From Spirogloea muscicola (taxonomy: Eukaryota): a stretch of 64,000 nucleotides of DNA. The notes under the pieces were generated by a model, which was given only the letters and a program-made list of their open reading frames with translations, did no database searches and had not been told where the DNA came from. Numbering within the stretch: the stretch's first letter is position 1; every line of letters begins with the position of its first letter. The stretch covers positions 1,086,956-1,150,955 of the forward strand of contig WELB01000002.1 in NCBI GenBank assembly GCA_009602725.1, in the 5' to 3' direction. This document shows positions 36,901-50,785 of this stretch, piece after piece. The translations under genes and the position numbers were made by a program.

Positions 36901-39900
36901 GGCCATGCAGCAGCGAGACACTGCATGGCAGGAACTGCTCCAGTCAAATGGCACGGAAGTTGTTGCACAGATTCTTTTGCAGACCGACGTGGTCAGCCAG
37001 AGCGCTGTGCCGGTGTTGTTTTCGCTGGTGCGACCCCACGTGCTGGCCAATGAGAGTACTCCTCGCCGCTTGGAATATGGACAGGTGCACGTGCACACCA
37101 CCGAGTGGCGAGACGTTTGGGTGGAAAACCCCTCCGACTGGCCGCTGCAGGCACGGCTCGCTCTTAGTGGCGAAAATGCGGCACTTGCACAGTGCTTCTG
37201 CGCGGAGGATGAGCACGACATGCTCCTGGCCAATGGCCAGAGCTGTACGAACTTGGAGCGTCGTGGTGGCACCAAGCGCCTGTCTCCGTCACTGGCAACG
37301 CCACCAGCCTTTGTGCTGTCGCCCCATGGCGTCAACAGAGCCATTTTGCCGCCACGCAGCCGCCTGCAGATGGGGCCCGTTGGATTCCTGCCACGGCGAC
37401 TCTGCTCTGCCACAGCGTCTCTGGTGGTGCACAACAACCTCACGCTGCAGGAGCGACTGCAGCTTCGTGGAGAGGGAGCGTGGGCACACCCGATGGTGCA
37501 GGGCCTCCGCACGTACCAGACCTCCCGACGGCGGAATGTCAGCGCCCTCCTGCTGCCTCTTAGGATCGAAGGAGCTGTTGGTGATGACCAGGCCCTGCTC
37601 CTAGCGGCAGCAGACTGCAAGGCTGTGGAGACAAGGTCATCGTTCATTGTTGAGAATGTGGGCACCATGCCGCTCGTTGTGCACCGCATCGGCCTTGACA
37701 AGGGCTTTGCATGTGCTCGGAGCGGGCTGTCCATCAAGCCCTGCGACGGCTTTACTCTCGGCGCTCAAGAGGTTGGTGACATTGAGCAGACATTTACTAC
37801 CTTCAGGTTTTAGACTACAAGGTCAAGAGCCAAGTTTTTGGGGATGTACGTTGAGTTTGCATCACCCTCTATTCCAGTATGACATTGCAAGCAGCTGACC
37901 AGAATATGAGTGCGACGTTTCTGGAACAGACCGTGGCCATTGAGGTGCGCTTCAAGCCGGACTTCTCAGAGGCGCTAGTGGAGCGACACCTTTTCCTAGA
38001 GTCTACGGCTGGCGTCTCCAAGATTCTGCTGGTGGGGCAGCTGCCACAAGAGTTACTGCCGCTGCTGATTGCGCAGCGCCTAAGGCCACAGGGGGCGCTG
38101 CAGGTAGCAGCGGCGGGCACCCTGCTACTTATGTTGCTTGTTGTGCTGCGGCCTGTGCTGGGCCGCCCACGCAAGCCTTCTGGCCTGCAGGGAGTCACAC
38201 CTGCACTGAACGTGCCAGCTGCTTACTCCCACCTTCCCTTGCCTTCCTGCTCTCCCTCCTCTTCATCCTCCTCTGCCACCAATGACTCCTTGGCCACGCC
38301 TCCACCCCTCCCAACCCCATCAGCTCCCAACTTGTCATCCTCCTGCATCTCATCCACTCCAACGTCCCCTTCTCTGCGGAAGACCAGCAAGGGGCCAGCA
38401 GGTCAGGCGCCAAATGACGAGGTCAGCGCAAGTGCACCTCAAGTGGCGGCCAGCGCTCAGCTTGCTCACGATGAAGCATTCGAGCATAGGCAGACTCCAA
38501 CAGCTGCTCAAGGCAGCACTGCCTCTCCATCCGGGGTCACCTCTGCAGGAAGCACCAGTAGCAGCAGCAGCAGTGGCAAAAGTAGCAGCCTTACACTGGA
38601 GCTGAGTGGGGAGCAGGACTTCTCGCTAGCAGCAAGGAGTCCAGGCAGGCAGCCGGAGCCAGGGACCGCAGTGATGCCAACAGTTGCAGCTACAACGGGG
38701 AGCGGAGCTGGCCGCAAGAAACGGCGGCAACTCCCCAAGGCTGTGGGAGTGGAAGGGGCCTCCCCTCCGTCGCCAGCTTCAGCAGACATGGCCAGCCCGA
38801 TGCCTGCCTCCAGCCAGCAGGTGCCCAGGAAGGTCAAATTGCTGCAGCCTGCGGAGCTCCCGGTGGCAAGGTCGACCCAGCTAGACAAGACGATTCAGTC
38901 TGCCACGAGGCTGGAAAGTCAAGGGCAGAGGCCGACGTGGGCGCCCTCGGGTGCAGCCGCTGTGGTCTTGCCCTCGACGCCCAGGAAGCGGCTCCCTGGT
39001 CACAAAGTTGAGGAGTCCAGCAACGATTCACCGTTGGACAACCACGGTTGGAAACTTCGCAGCTGCGACAGTCCTCCCACGACACCTATGGGTGGGAGTC
39101 CTGCTGCAGGCCCACGCATGGCTCCTCTACCGCTCCTCCCTGCAGTCAGGGCCCCAATGCAGCCAGCTGCACGACTGCCGGCCGTAGCTCCTGGCCCTGG
39201 TCGGTTGTCCTCAAGAGAGGCTGCCTCGAGCAACCTCCACCTTGACGCAGGCACTCCACCGATGGTGGCATCTCTCAAGGACGCTGCCCAGGAAGCCAGC
39301 TACCCAGACCCTGCGCAGCGACGTAGAGTTGAGGAGCTAAAGCAGCAGGCCGTGTCAGGGGAGGTGCGAGCAGGGGAGCTCGAGGGCGTGAGGAGCAGGG
39401 CAGGTGACTTGAGCGAGTTTGACGCAGCTCAGCAGTGCAATGAGGAGGCTCCCAATCTGTACAGCTTGTGGGGCTCGCCCTTTGACGGAGCTCGGCTGGC
39501 CAGCCTGCCATTGGACAACACTTTAGCAGTGAGCTCGCATGCAGCACCTTTCTTTGAAGAGACGCTCTCCTTTGTGCAGTTCCGCTGTGTCTCTCCTCTC
39601 AATTTGCACTGATACTTTGTGACTGCTCTTGGTGCCGTCCCTGCAGCGGAGGGACCCTGTCAAGTCCCTGCCTGTGGAGAGGGCTTGCATAGGCTGCCCG
39701 CGGACTCCAGCAGCAGCGCCTTCCTTCACTCAATATGGCTTCTTGTCCGAGTGCCAGGTGAGCCAGCCTCCGTCTCTCTGCGTCCGGATTGCTTACGTTG
39801 AGGCGCTCTGACCTTCGGCTGATCTACATGCTTATGTGCATTGTGCATGCAGGGTTTGCACAAAGGGCAGACATCACCAACCCTCACTCCTGCATCTGAC

Positions 39901-40338
39901 CCAGTCTTTTGTCCGAAGGCGAGCCGCGGCCAGCCCAGCAGTCTGATGTGGGAGCCTTTCCCCGACCGCACTGTGCGTGCTGGGCCCTGGGACGAGCAGG
40001 CGCTGCGGCCACCTGCACTTGACAGCGCTGCACACGGTGTCCTTGGTAGCGGCAGGGAACTAGGCCTGTTGGCGCTGGGGACGCCTGTAACCGAGCCCTC
40101 CGTGGCACGGCCAGGCTCCCCTCTGCCCCGCAAGCCTAGCTCACTGCCGGGAGGCTCGGCGTCGCTGCTGCCGGTGCAAGCTGCCCTCTGGCAGTCATAT
40201 AGGCAGCCAGTGTCAGGGGCCCCCGCCAGTGGCCCAGCCTCACCATCCCAGATGCCGGAGTTCACGAATTCCAGGTACAACGGTGTTGCCAATGGCTACC
40301 ACCATCCCAATCTCTTCCCACCCTTTGATCAGCGGTGA
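33902..40338 (+). CDS. TMEM131-like membrane protein (tandem Ig-like domains, one TM helix, low-complexity tail); 5' end missing
   Basis: Repeated Ig-like motifs (TLANVG..L, VLHNPY, LDFG..LLNVG, TLRNP, VWVENPSDWP), HNNLT..LRGEG, NVGTMPLVV..C..G.SI.PC.GFTL, F.PDFS. Hydrophobic helix at ~38095-38160, then a Ser/Pro-rich tail. The frame is open from the N at 33901. Confidence 0.8.
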
Positions 40339-40851
40339 AGACGAAGTTGGCCGCCATGAAAAGCTTCTCGGAGGCTCGGTACCCTCCCTCGGGCGCCCCT
40401 GACCCCCTGGTCTGGCTTGATGTGGCCTGCACTGTGTATGATGTCCCCTTATATTCTAATTTTGTCAGTCAGGTGCCAGCAACGCGCACTTGCAACTTAT
40501 CAGCAAAGCACTCTGCCCTGAGTCTCTAAGCATGCCCCCAGTTTATTATTTGCTACGCTTCACCGAACTCAACCGAGTGTCAGTACATGCAAGCTCCAAG
40601 CAACTGAGTCAAGGATATCTGACTCAGTTGCACACATGACAACAACTTAAGGGAGCTCGTGTTGGTGGACAGTGGTCGGTGCAGCAAAACTCCGTCCCAC
40701 TCTACTTCCCACTCTAGTCCTATGCCTACAGTGCGCGCTCAGGAGCTTTCAGAGTCAGCTGTGTGGAGCTGTTCTTCTGAAGCTGCACGACTTTTGTTAC
40801 AAAATTGGCCTGTCACTTCCAGATGGCCCCCAGCTCTGAGGAACTGGGCAG

Positions 40852-41856
40852 TCAAATCTCCTTGCTCTTCTCGCGCTCAGGGGGTGTCACGGGTGCTGGC
40901 ACGGCCGGTGCCGGCATGGCACCTTGAGTTGCAGCCATAGACCTGGCGAGCACAACCTTCTCTTCCAGCCGCTGCAAGTGCGCATATATCACGCACACCC
41001 GGTACAGCAACCTGCAACATGGATGTCCACAGTGTCAACAATGACAGCGCAGTCCCGCATGCTGAAGGCAGGCAGGGCCTCGACTTGCTGAGTATTGCAG
41101 TCAAATCTAGCAAGGACGCTGCAGCCAGCCTATCTCCCACACAGCCATCGAGCCAACAGCGGCTATCAGACAAGCCCGTAGACCCGACCCTGGCAGCAGC
41201 AGGCAGCTGACCAGTAGAAGAAGAGGGCCGAAAGCGCCACCAGCGCGTTGCGCTGCGCCTTGAACTTCTGGGAGCCATCAGCAGCAGCATGCAAGCACCA
41301 GGCGATCGTCAGCTTGAAAACTTCGTCGGTTCGTGCGAAGGAGCGAACGACAGGTCAAAGACCGTCTCGTGCAGCATGCAAAGGAAACGATGTGCCGGGT
41401 GTTAGCGCGCAGCTCGCAGCAGAGCGCGAGAAGGAGTGCAATTGCGTCCAGTTTGTGTGGAGTGAGGGAAGGCGGGCGCAGACCTTCCTCTCGAAGCGCT
41501 CGCGGTCAAAGGGCGAGCAGACGTCGTCCTTGCAAACCAGGTGGCGGTCGTAGGACAGGTACACCTCTGCGCATGCGAGGGAGCGAGTGAGCAGGCCGCA
41601 GCTGCGCGGGCACGGCAGCCATGCTGGAGCGAGCTGGGAGCAGCAGGGAGCAGCGCCCGGGCGAGGAGCGGGCGAGGCGGGCACCGAGGAGCTGGAAGGC
41701 GGCAAAGGGCACGATGGCGAGCAGCGGCTGCAGCGCCCGCGCGGCGAGCGGCACGGCGGCGCGGCGCGCGGGCGGCGGCACGGGCAGCGTCAGCAGCAGC
41801 AGCAGCACCGCCTCCGCGGCCGCGGCCATGCCCAGCATCACCCACTGCAGCGCCAT
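40852..41856 (-). CDS. BAP31-like / B-cell receptor-associated ER membrane protein (plant short type)
   Basis: Four exons: MALQWVMLGMAAAAEAVLLLLLTLP..QPLLAIVPF, EVYLSYD..C..D.C.P, KAQRNALVALSALFFYW, LLYRV..QRLEEKV..KSKEI*. The end is a KxKxx ER-retrieval-type motif. Confidence 0.85.
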
Positions 41857-42598
41857 GCCGCGGCGGCGGCGGCGGCGGCGGGGCAGGGAAAGGATACACG
41901 GGTTGCCGGAGTGCGCGAGGCCCGCAGGGGCCGCCCGCGGTCCCGGCTCCGCCGTTGCGGGTGCCAGCAGCGCCCACTCGGGGAGACGCGGGGGCCACCC
42001 GTCGGCTGCCGTCTGGCACAGCCAAATCTGCAGCACCCCCGGATTTGGGTTCCGCGCCTCGATCAACTGTATGGCAATATGCGGCGGGGCCCTAAGACCC
42101 CCAGCCCTAACCTCCCCACCGCACCCGCGCCAGCTCGCCACCGCCGNCCCCGGGGGGACCTGCTGCCGCAGCCGCCGGCTCCGCGCCACTGACGCCGCCC
42201 GGGGGCCTCCGCGGCGCCCGGCCCGAGCTCCTGCGCCTGCAAGGTGCGGCCTCCAGGGTTGAGCCGCCGCTGCTCTGCGGCAGCCGTCGCCCGCCGTGGC
42301 GGCCTGCCGAGGGGTTCGTCGCTCCACTGTCGGCTGGCCCTTCGCAGCTCCGGCCGGACCCCTCGCCCTGAGCTTCTTGACCTGCGGCGGCGGCGCTTCC
42401 GGCAGACGAGAACGGCGGCGGCGGTGGCGCGCTGCGACAGCCTCTGGGGCCTGCCGGTGATATCGACAGTAGAGGTGCTTGCCTCATCAGCTGCTGGAAC
42501 CCTACTCCACAAGCCATCTCTCGGCCTGCTGGCGCTCGGCACCGGGAGCCTCGGCTGCCGCCGCCGTCGCCGTCTCTCCCAGCACACGAGAGCCTACC

Positions 42599-45500
42599 AT
42601 GGCCAGCCCACCCTCAGGGGCGCTACTGCTGGCCCGGCACCGACTGAGCTCGGCACCTCTGGCTGCAGACGGCGCAGGCGTGGTCGTCCCGCTGTCGCCA
42701 CAGTGGCTCCTCGCCAAGCCTGGGGACGGCGGCAAGGCTCCTCCCGGACCGGCGGTGTGACGTCTCTCGTCTATCTTCCCTGTAGCCCTGCTGACGCTTC
42801 TGTTGCAGCCTTGGCGGCGTCGTTCAAGTTTTCCATAGCAGGACCTGCCGGTGCCACACTCTCAATGCTCACGCCCATCATGCTGCTGCGACTTCTGGCC
42901 TGCTGCCGTGCAGGAGATCACTCGGTCGCCTTTGTCAGGCCCCCAGGGCCAGGACCATGGGCTGTCAAAAGACAGCTTGGGCCGAGAGCGGGAGCGGGAG
43001 GCGGAGCGCGACCGTGACAACAACTGGGAGAGGGAGCGGGAACGCGAGCGCGAGCGGGAGCGGGAGCGGGAGCGCCCCCGACGCGGTGACTGGTGGCGCA
43101 CCCTGAGCGACCGCGACCGCGAGCGCGATATTGAAGGCACGCGGCGCGAGCGCTGGCGCGAGGACGAGCGCGACAACGCACCCGCGCGGGCAGCGATGCC
43201 GCCGCCGCATCGCTGGTCCAAGGATGCGTGGGACAATGCGCCGCCGATCGATCGCTGGCCCGGCCCAGACAGCAACAACGGCGGTGGAGGGGTCAGCCTT
43301 GGTGGCATGCGGAACTCCAAGTGGATTCGCTCGGAGGACCCGGGGTGGGGCGGCGAGCGCGACAAAATTCGCAAGCCGTGGGGGCAGGAGGAGGGTGCTG
43401 GCGATCCGCCACCGCGCCCCAGCGCGGGAAGCGGCGGCAGCGCTGGCGGTGGCATTGCTGCCGAGGGCGACGGCGTTGCAGGAAGGCCCGGAGCCTGGCG
43501 GTCGCAGTCGTTTGGCCACCGTGGTCGCGGCGAGTTGGCCTCAGGCCAGGGTCCGCCACCATTGCCGCAGCTGGTTGCCAAGCTGGAGCCAGTGGCAGCG
43601 CTGGCGGCAGCTCCTCTGCATGCCCCGCCGCACCGCAGCCCTGGGCTGGGGTTCACGGTGGGCCGCGGGCGCGGCGTGAGTCCTGCCGGCAGCAGCCGCG
43701 GCAGTGGGCAGCACCCTATCAATCCACCACTAGTGGTCCCAATGCTCGGCGCTGGCGGTGATGGCTTGCCCCAGGAGGCCCCCGGGTCGGCAGAGCTGCG
43801 CTATGCACGGGGGCGCCTGCTGGAGCTGCATCGCAAGAGCCGCATCCTGCCATCATTTCGACGCTACCCCGAGGGTTTTGTGGAAGTTCCCGGGCTTACG
43901 CAGTTGGACCCTGTGGAACCACTCGCTCTCTTTCCACCTGATGCCCAGGAGGAGGTGCGGTGATACTTGCTCCCCCGCTCTCGCTACCACTTCCTCACTA
44001 TAAGGCTCTTTGCAGGTCTGCAGCAACATGGTGGTCATCTTGATGACAAGCATTGGAGACCGTGCCAGCCTGACTTGTGTGCCGCCCTGTGGTCAAGCAG
44101 GCGTTGCGAGAGGCCATGTTCAACGGCGAGCCTGTCCACAGCCGAGCCGCCGCGCACGAGGCTGCTCTTGCAAGCACACCGCCAGACGAGTCGGCAGGGC
44201 GCGGCTTTGGGTGGGCTGCCCCAGCTGCACATGCACCAGGTATAAAGTCTGCAACACTCCTGTTCAGAAGTACAATAAATGAGCAGTGGCCCAACAAGTA
44301 GGAGGGGATCATTGGTGTTGCTGCCGCTTGGAAGTGCCAACGGTTGCTTCAGATTGCCCTCTTACTGTCAGTTGCAATTGTCCTTGCTTGCAGCACCAAG
44401 TGATGTTGCAGTTCAGCTGCACAATGTGACAATCAACGACGATGCGCCAGACGCAGAAGCTAGGACGGAGCTTAGCAATGCTGCCGCTGCCACGGGCGCA
44501 AGCAGCAATGTACATGGAGCCCGGCCGGTCGAGCCCTCGGACACTTGGTCATTGCAGCGTAACGAGAAGGGCGGCAAAGGCGCCAAAGAGATGGCGACCA
44601 CCGACGCAACCAGCGTCAGTGCTGCAGGTGTGGTGGCCACCAAGAATTTGGCGTCGCTGCTCGAGGACTTGCAACTGCTGTATAAGGACCCGCAAGGAGA
44701 GGTGCAGGGCCCGTTCGCCGGCAGCGACATTGCTGGCTGGTTGGAGGCCGGGTTTTTTGGCTTGGAGCTGCTTGTGCAACCTGCCGATGCCCCCCCCGGC
44801 ACGCCCTTCCTGCCCCTTGGCACAGTCGTGCCTCAGCTCAATCCCAAGCCCGCCGTGCCGCCCGGGTTTGCAGTTGCCACAAGGGCTGCTTCAGCCGCTA
44901 ATGGCACGCTTGCAAGTGAGGAGGCAAAGGAGGAGACTGCTCTCAGCCTGGCGGAGCAGGCCAAGGTGGCAATGACAGGAGGTCTTCCTATTGATGTCAA
45001 GAGCATTCCCAGAGCAACCCTGCCTGATGTAGAGGCGTTAAGTGCCCGTGCCATGGAGGAGCTGGACGAGCAAGCTGAGCGCCCAGCATCCAGCTGCAGC
45101 CCTGAGCTGGCGAGCTCTGGCACGGGCGCCAACAATCATAGGCCAGGTGGCTCCTTGTCTGCTTCACTGGTAGCTGCAACGAAGTTGACAATGTTGTGGA
45201 TCTCCTTCTGCCTTGCGACGTGGCATACCTGGCATACTTGATAATCTGAGCTCAGTGCAGAACTTTGATGATCTTCTCTACATGTCTCACTTACTGCCTC
45301 TATTGCAGATGTGCTGTTCAACGGCGATGCCTCGGTGTCATTGAAAGTGGCAGTTCCCAGCCTGGGCACAGACAAGTCGCTGGAGCGCACCTTCTCGCAG
45401 CGGCGGCGCATGTCTGCTTTTCCACAGGTGGAGAACGACCACCGTGACGAGGCGCCGGCGCTACTTCCCTCTGAGGGACCCCTGTTGGGCAAGCCCTGGT

Positions 45501-48500
45501 TCTTTGAGGAGGATGTCTTCCCATTGCCACCGCCACGGGTGCTACAGGAGCAGCAAAACGTCAAGGACGAGCAGCTGCCAGCAGTGTCGGCATGGCTACC
45601 CAATGGCCCCGTATCAGCAATGCCTTCACCGCTTGCTTCCGCGGAGGTGGCAGCTTCTGACAGAGTTGCGGGGGTGCTTCCGGCGGGCATGGTCCCTGAT
45701 AGAATGCTGCACCATCTTGAACAACAGCACCCGCCGCCATCATTGCAGCAGCAGCCACAGCACCAGCGGCTTGCTTTCCCACTTGAGCAGTCCATGGTAG
45801 GCCCCCAGCAGGTGCCTGCAGCCCTCGCGCTGGACTTGTTGCAACAGCAGCAGCAGCGGCAGCCGCAGCAATTGCACCAGAGCCACCACCAATTAGCTCA
45901 ACAGCACCAGCATCAGCTGCTGCTATCCCAGATGCAGGCGCAGGCGGCGGCAGCTGCATCCGCCACACTCGGAGGCTCCCTGGTGCCGCCCGGAGCGGCT
46001 GCTGCACATGGTGCGGAGCAGCTCCTGCGCCAGTATCAGCATCACCAGCAGCTCCTGGCTGTGGAGCGCTTGCTCAAGGAGAACCCCAGCCTGGCGGAGC
46101 TGCCGCTGCACCTACTGCTGCCTCTTGTAAGTTCTTGTCCTCCCTTGCTATGATGCTATGATGCCAATGTAGATGGAGCCACTTATGAAGCAGCCACTGC
46201 TTCACTGCTTCTTTATAGTGCTCCTGCCATGTAGTGCTTTTGCCTCGAACTTTCCTGCCCCAGACCGTGAGGCCCTGCCTGCACCCAGCTAATGTGGCTC
46301 CTGGTGTTCTTCATCTTGATGGTCTTATGCCAATTGCAGCAGATATGCTCACATGCACTGCCCCACTTCCTGCAGGCCCTACACCAGCAAGATGTCCTAC
46401 CTGGCAACAATCAGCTCCATGGGCACCATGGCATGCACCCGCTTGGTCAGCCCGGCTTGCCAACGGATCATGAGCTTCCCTTGCGCATGTCTGGCGTGTG
46501 GGAGGTTGACGGGCACGGCCAGTTTGTTCAGAGGTCGGGCCAGTCAGCTGGCAAGCTGGAGTTCAATCAGGAACAGCAAGCTCCCTTGGCGGCGGGGCAC
46601 TTGGATGGCACTTTGAGAGGGAGGCTGCCTAATGACGCAGAGCTGACACCTGACAGGCGCAATTCTCACGGCTTGTCTGGTGCCATGGCTGTTGAGGATC
46701 TGCCCCCGCCAACGGCTTGGGAGCCTCTGCAAGTCGAGCAGCAGGAGGCAGTGCAGCTGCAACCACTGCCACAGCCACACCTGTCGCAGACATTGCAGAA
46801 GCAGCTGCAGTCACAACACTTGCCTGTGCAGCAGCCCCAGGTGCCATCGCCTTCACTGGCCATGCAGGAGCAGCAGGAGCTCGAGCAGGTACATGAGCCA
46901 GTACTGCAGCAGCAGCAGCAAACAACACACCACCAAGACCTCCAGCAGCAACAGCAGCATCTGAAGCATGCGGTTCTGCAGCAGCAGCAGCAGCAGCAGC
47001 AGCAGGCTTGGCAAAGGCAAGAAGCAGCGCAGCCTCCATCACCAGCCTGGGCGACTGCGGCTGAGGCTGCTGTAACCAGGCCAGCGCAGTCTCTGAAGGA
47101 GATACAGGAGGAGGAGGCAGCTCGTGCAGCCCAGGCGGCTGTTGCTGCTGCCCACATGTCGCCATCTGCGCCTGCGCCAGGGAGGCCTTGGGCCAGCTCA
47201 GCTACTGCACCCCAGTCATTGAGAGAGATCCAGCTGGAAGAGGAGCAGCGGGCTTCCAGGCCCACCGCTGCTGCCACACCCCCGCGCTGGGACCAGGTGA
47301 AGATGGAGCTGGCGCCGCCCGTTGCTGTGGGCAAGAGGGGCCAGGGTCATGCGCTAGCTGCCCAGATCCTGGCAGCCGCCCAGAGTGAGGTTGCCATTGC
47401 CGAGAAGGAGGACAGCAGCCAGGCAGAATTCGTGGAGCCCCGTGAGAGCCGCAAGAGTAAGAAGCGCGCCGCCAAGGCCAGGGCTAGCTCTGGCGGGCCA
47501 GCGACAACAGTGGCTGTGCAAGCTGCTATGCCCGAGCCAGGCTCCTTGCCTGCGCCACCTAAGAGCACTCCTAAACGCACAGCTAGTGATCAGCAGCAGC
47601 TGCCAAGCATGCCTTTGCCGCCTGGACCATCGTTGGCTGATTACCTGCAGCCTCAGCAGCGGGACAGCGCTCAACCGGATGCTCAAGCGCCGGCTGCGTG
47701 GGCGGCAAAGCAAGTGGTGTCGCCACACAGCCTGTCGTTGAAAGAGATTCAGGAGGCAGAGCTCCGGCTTGCTGCGGAGCAGGCTCGCGCCCTGGCCCTT
47801 CAGCAGGCCCAAGCTGCTGCAATGCAGCCCAAGACCGCCGCGACCAGTGGCTCATGGCTGCAGCAGCGGTCTCCATCTGCTGCCGCCGCATCATTGCAGT
47901 CCGGAGGAGCTTTGACTTTGGGACAGGGATCGGCACCAAGGGCACCTCCAGCAGCACCTGCTGCCTCCGTCCCATCCGTTGAAGATGATGACGACCTCTT
48001 CTGGGACTACGGGCATGATGTGACCCTTCAAGTTGGCAACGTGAAGAACCCTCAGCCTGTGGCACCAGCCCGCAGGTAGTGCTCGCATTGTGGTATTGCC
48101 CGAACCCCCATGCATTGTAATAGAGGAAGCACTTGTTGATGTATGTAACATCACAAGCAAGTCTAATAGTCGGCAACGTGGTGCCGCCTTTTTGTCTGTT
48201 CACTTCAAATTCTGCTGCCATAACATGCAGAGCATCGGAAAGTCACCGAGCCCCAGCGGCAGTTGCTGCGGGAGCTCGTTCGTCATTGGCCGCACCCGGG
48301 GCTATGCCGGCAGCTTCGCTCCTGCGGGCACCAACGGCACCTCAAGACAGTGTCGTCGACTTTCCGTCATTGGCAGCGCTGGCACCAGTCAGTAGGACCA
48401 TGGCAAAGCCCAAGAAGCTACCTCAAGGGAAAGGTATGTTCCCCTTGGATGCTTCAATCATTGGTCCAAGAGCATCTACGCATGGCACGAGCTTCCAGTT

Positions 48501-49209
48501 TGACAAAGGATGTGTTTGCCTGCTTCCAGATGTTGCTACAGCACCTGCAAAGGTGGATGCTGTCGACGCAGCGGAAATGATCAGGGGCCGGGAGTTCCGG
48601 CAATGGTGCGCAGTCCAGGTCATGGAATTGACGGGAAGAGAAGGTGAGAGCATCCTCTGCATTGACGGGTATTGCTTCCTCATCAAACAGATGTACTATG
48701 TACATAGTTGGCGTGCCCCCTCCTTGGTTGTGGTTGTTGAGAACTGTTGCTACATTCATGGACTTGCAGATTTGACGCTGCTGGAGTTTTGTGTCTCCTT
48801 GCCCTCGGCAAGTGAAGTGGGTGGCTACATTGAGCAGTATTTGGGAGCAACGCCATCTGTTGTGGCATTTAAGGGCGAGTTTCTGACTCGCCGGCAACAC
48901 TTGTCCCCAGCAGCTATTCACATTGCTTTCCCCGTGATCTCTGAGGCTCTCATAAGTGACTCCAAGGTCAGTAGTGGTGGGACAGGGGTGCTCAGACCTG
49001 CCACAACGCCCAGCTCTGCACCAGCACCCATGGCCCCAACAGCTGCCGTGGCCAGCGCAGCTGGGCAGCAGTCTGCCGCCGAACTCGCGGAGGTGGCCAA
49101 GAAGAAAAGCAAGAAGGGAAAGAAAGTGGTGGATCCTTCTTTGCTTGGCTTCTCAGTGTCCAGCAATCGAATCATGAAGGGCGAGATCCAACGTGTAGAG
49201 GATTTATGA
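42599..49209 (+). CDS. EXA1: GYF-domain protein, EXA1/GIGYF-like
   Basis: [49 protein letters not shown] domain [21 protein letters not shown] (44681-44770), poly-Q tracts, repeated [16 protein letters not shown]-terminal KKGKKV.PSLLGF.V.SNRIM.GEIQ. Start codon is inferred. Confidence 0.88.
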
Positions 49210-50199
49210 TATTAGACGGTATTTGTCTCGTCTGCCCCCCCCTCTTTCCCCCCAATTCTTTTATTGATTGGCACCACTAAAGATTCGCTTCAATGCCGCT
49301 TCAATGCCACAAGTAGTCAGCATCCGAGGTAGTAAGTGCAAGCCTACAGTGATGGGTCGCTTTTGAGGAGTGGGGAAGGAAGGGGGTTGGGAGCAAATGG
49401 TTGGGGGCAGGAGGGTTTGGTTGGTTGTGAAAGGGCATAGCATGTTTTTGGATGTCAGGTCTAAGTTAAGTGGTTGGTCCTCCTTGCGTCTGCATTGCCA
49501 CAATGCTCGTGAATGAAGCAAGGGTAAGCCAAGCATTGCAAGCATAGCAAAGGACGATGCGGCAGACAGCAGGGCATGCGGCAGCTATTGACAGTCACCA
49601 TTTTCATATACAAGTAAAATCAACTTAATTGAGATTCTCTCATCAGAAGCAAGACTCGCACACTTTATCCGACTGGTTGGGCACAGCTGGGCCTCAGCTC
49701 GTCTGAGTGGGTCAACTCAGTGGAGCAGCAAGCATGGGGGCCACAGGGGAGCAAGAGAGGGGTGGGGATGGTGATAGCACCAAGTGGGGCCAATGTCAGG
49801 ACCACAACGGAAAGTCAAGGCCCGTGCTTACAAGAAGGGGGCTACCGAACGAGGCATCTGGCGCCAGCCCAGCGCAAGGGACTACCCAGCTGGCCCGATT
49901 GGCCAAGGGAGCAGTGAGCAGTGGCGGTGGGTAGTCGAGGCCAGTCATTGGATGAGATCGGACAGCGTCAAGAGTAGCAAACATCACAGAGCGGGATGTC
50001 ACCCCTCTTGCCGAGGGTTGCTAAGCCTGGTAAGCCACTGAAGGGTGGGCCGACTGGTGGTGAAAGCAGGGAGTTAGCGCTGGCACAGGAGCCAGCAGCA
50101 TTGGCGCTGTCATCAGTGAAGAGCAGGGATGCGGGACAACGCCCCTATGGCCGCTTGTTCGCTTCCAACATGGCGTGGGGGCTGGCGTCGTCCGCCAGG

Positions 50200-50606
50200 G
50201 CCTCGGAGAGGGAGGAGTGAGACGGGGACCGCCTTGAAGGAAATGCGTGTATATAAAGAGATGGGGAGGCCATGTGTGGCCAAGTACACAGGCAAGCACA
50301 TTGGACAAATGTACGTCACCTGCTGCTAAGCTGACCCGCTCAGTAACCACGAGTCAGCACATAGAGGTCGCTAGCTGACGCTCGAATACCGGACGGCAAT
50401 TGACTAGCTCTTGTGCCAGCAGCTAAGGCTCGACCAGCTTTCTGATGCAGAGCATACGCCTGAGCTCGTTGCAGACAGGTTGACACTCGACGTCGCAGAA
50501 ATGACAGATAGGCTGCCGGCATACCCATCTGGGCTGGGAGCATATCCTCGCGTCGTGCATATCCCAGACTCGCTATGTTCTCGAGTAGGGTATGGAAGCG
50601 AGGACC
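50200..50606 (-). mobile_element. 5'-truncated subfamily B CRE-like copy immediately upstream of the MFS gene
   Basis: GPRFHTLLENIASLGY..RRVSTCLQRAQAYALHQKAGRAL..SDLYVLTRGY* (stop 50340). Its UTR is block-homologous to 3891-3985. Confidence 0.82.
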
Positions 50607-50785
50607 CAAAGGAAGGGGGGCGGGAGCGTGACGTCGCCCGCCCGGCGGGCAGCGCCAGGTGGCCGACGAGAGCCGCCACTCCCCGCTCCCTCCCACCACC
50701 ACTACCACTGCCGCCGCTCCCAGCGCGCCTGCGCCCACGGTCGCCCGCGCCGGCCATGGCGTCGCCCCGCGCGTGCTGACCCCGC

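Noticed and set aside
49700..50200. GC-rich tract with short ORFs next to the subfamily B copy
   Set aside because: No family motif or terminal repeats detected by eye.
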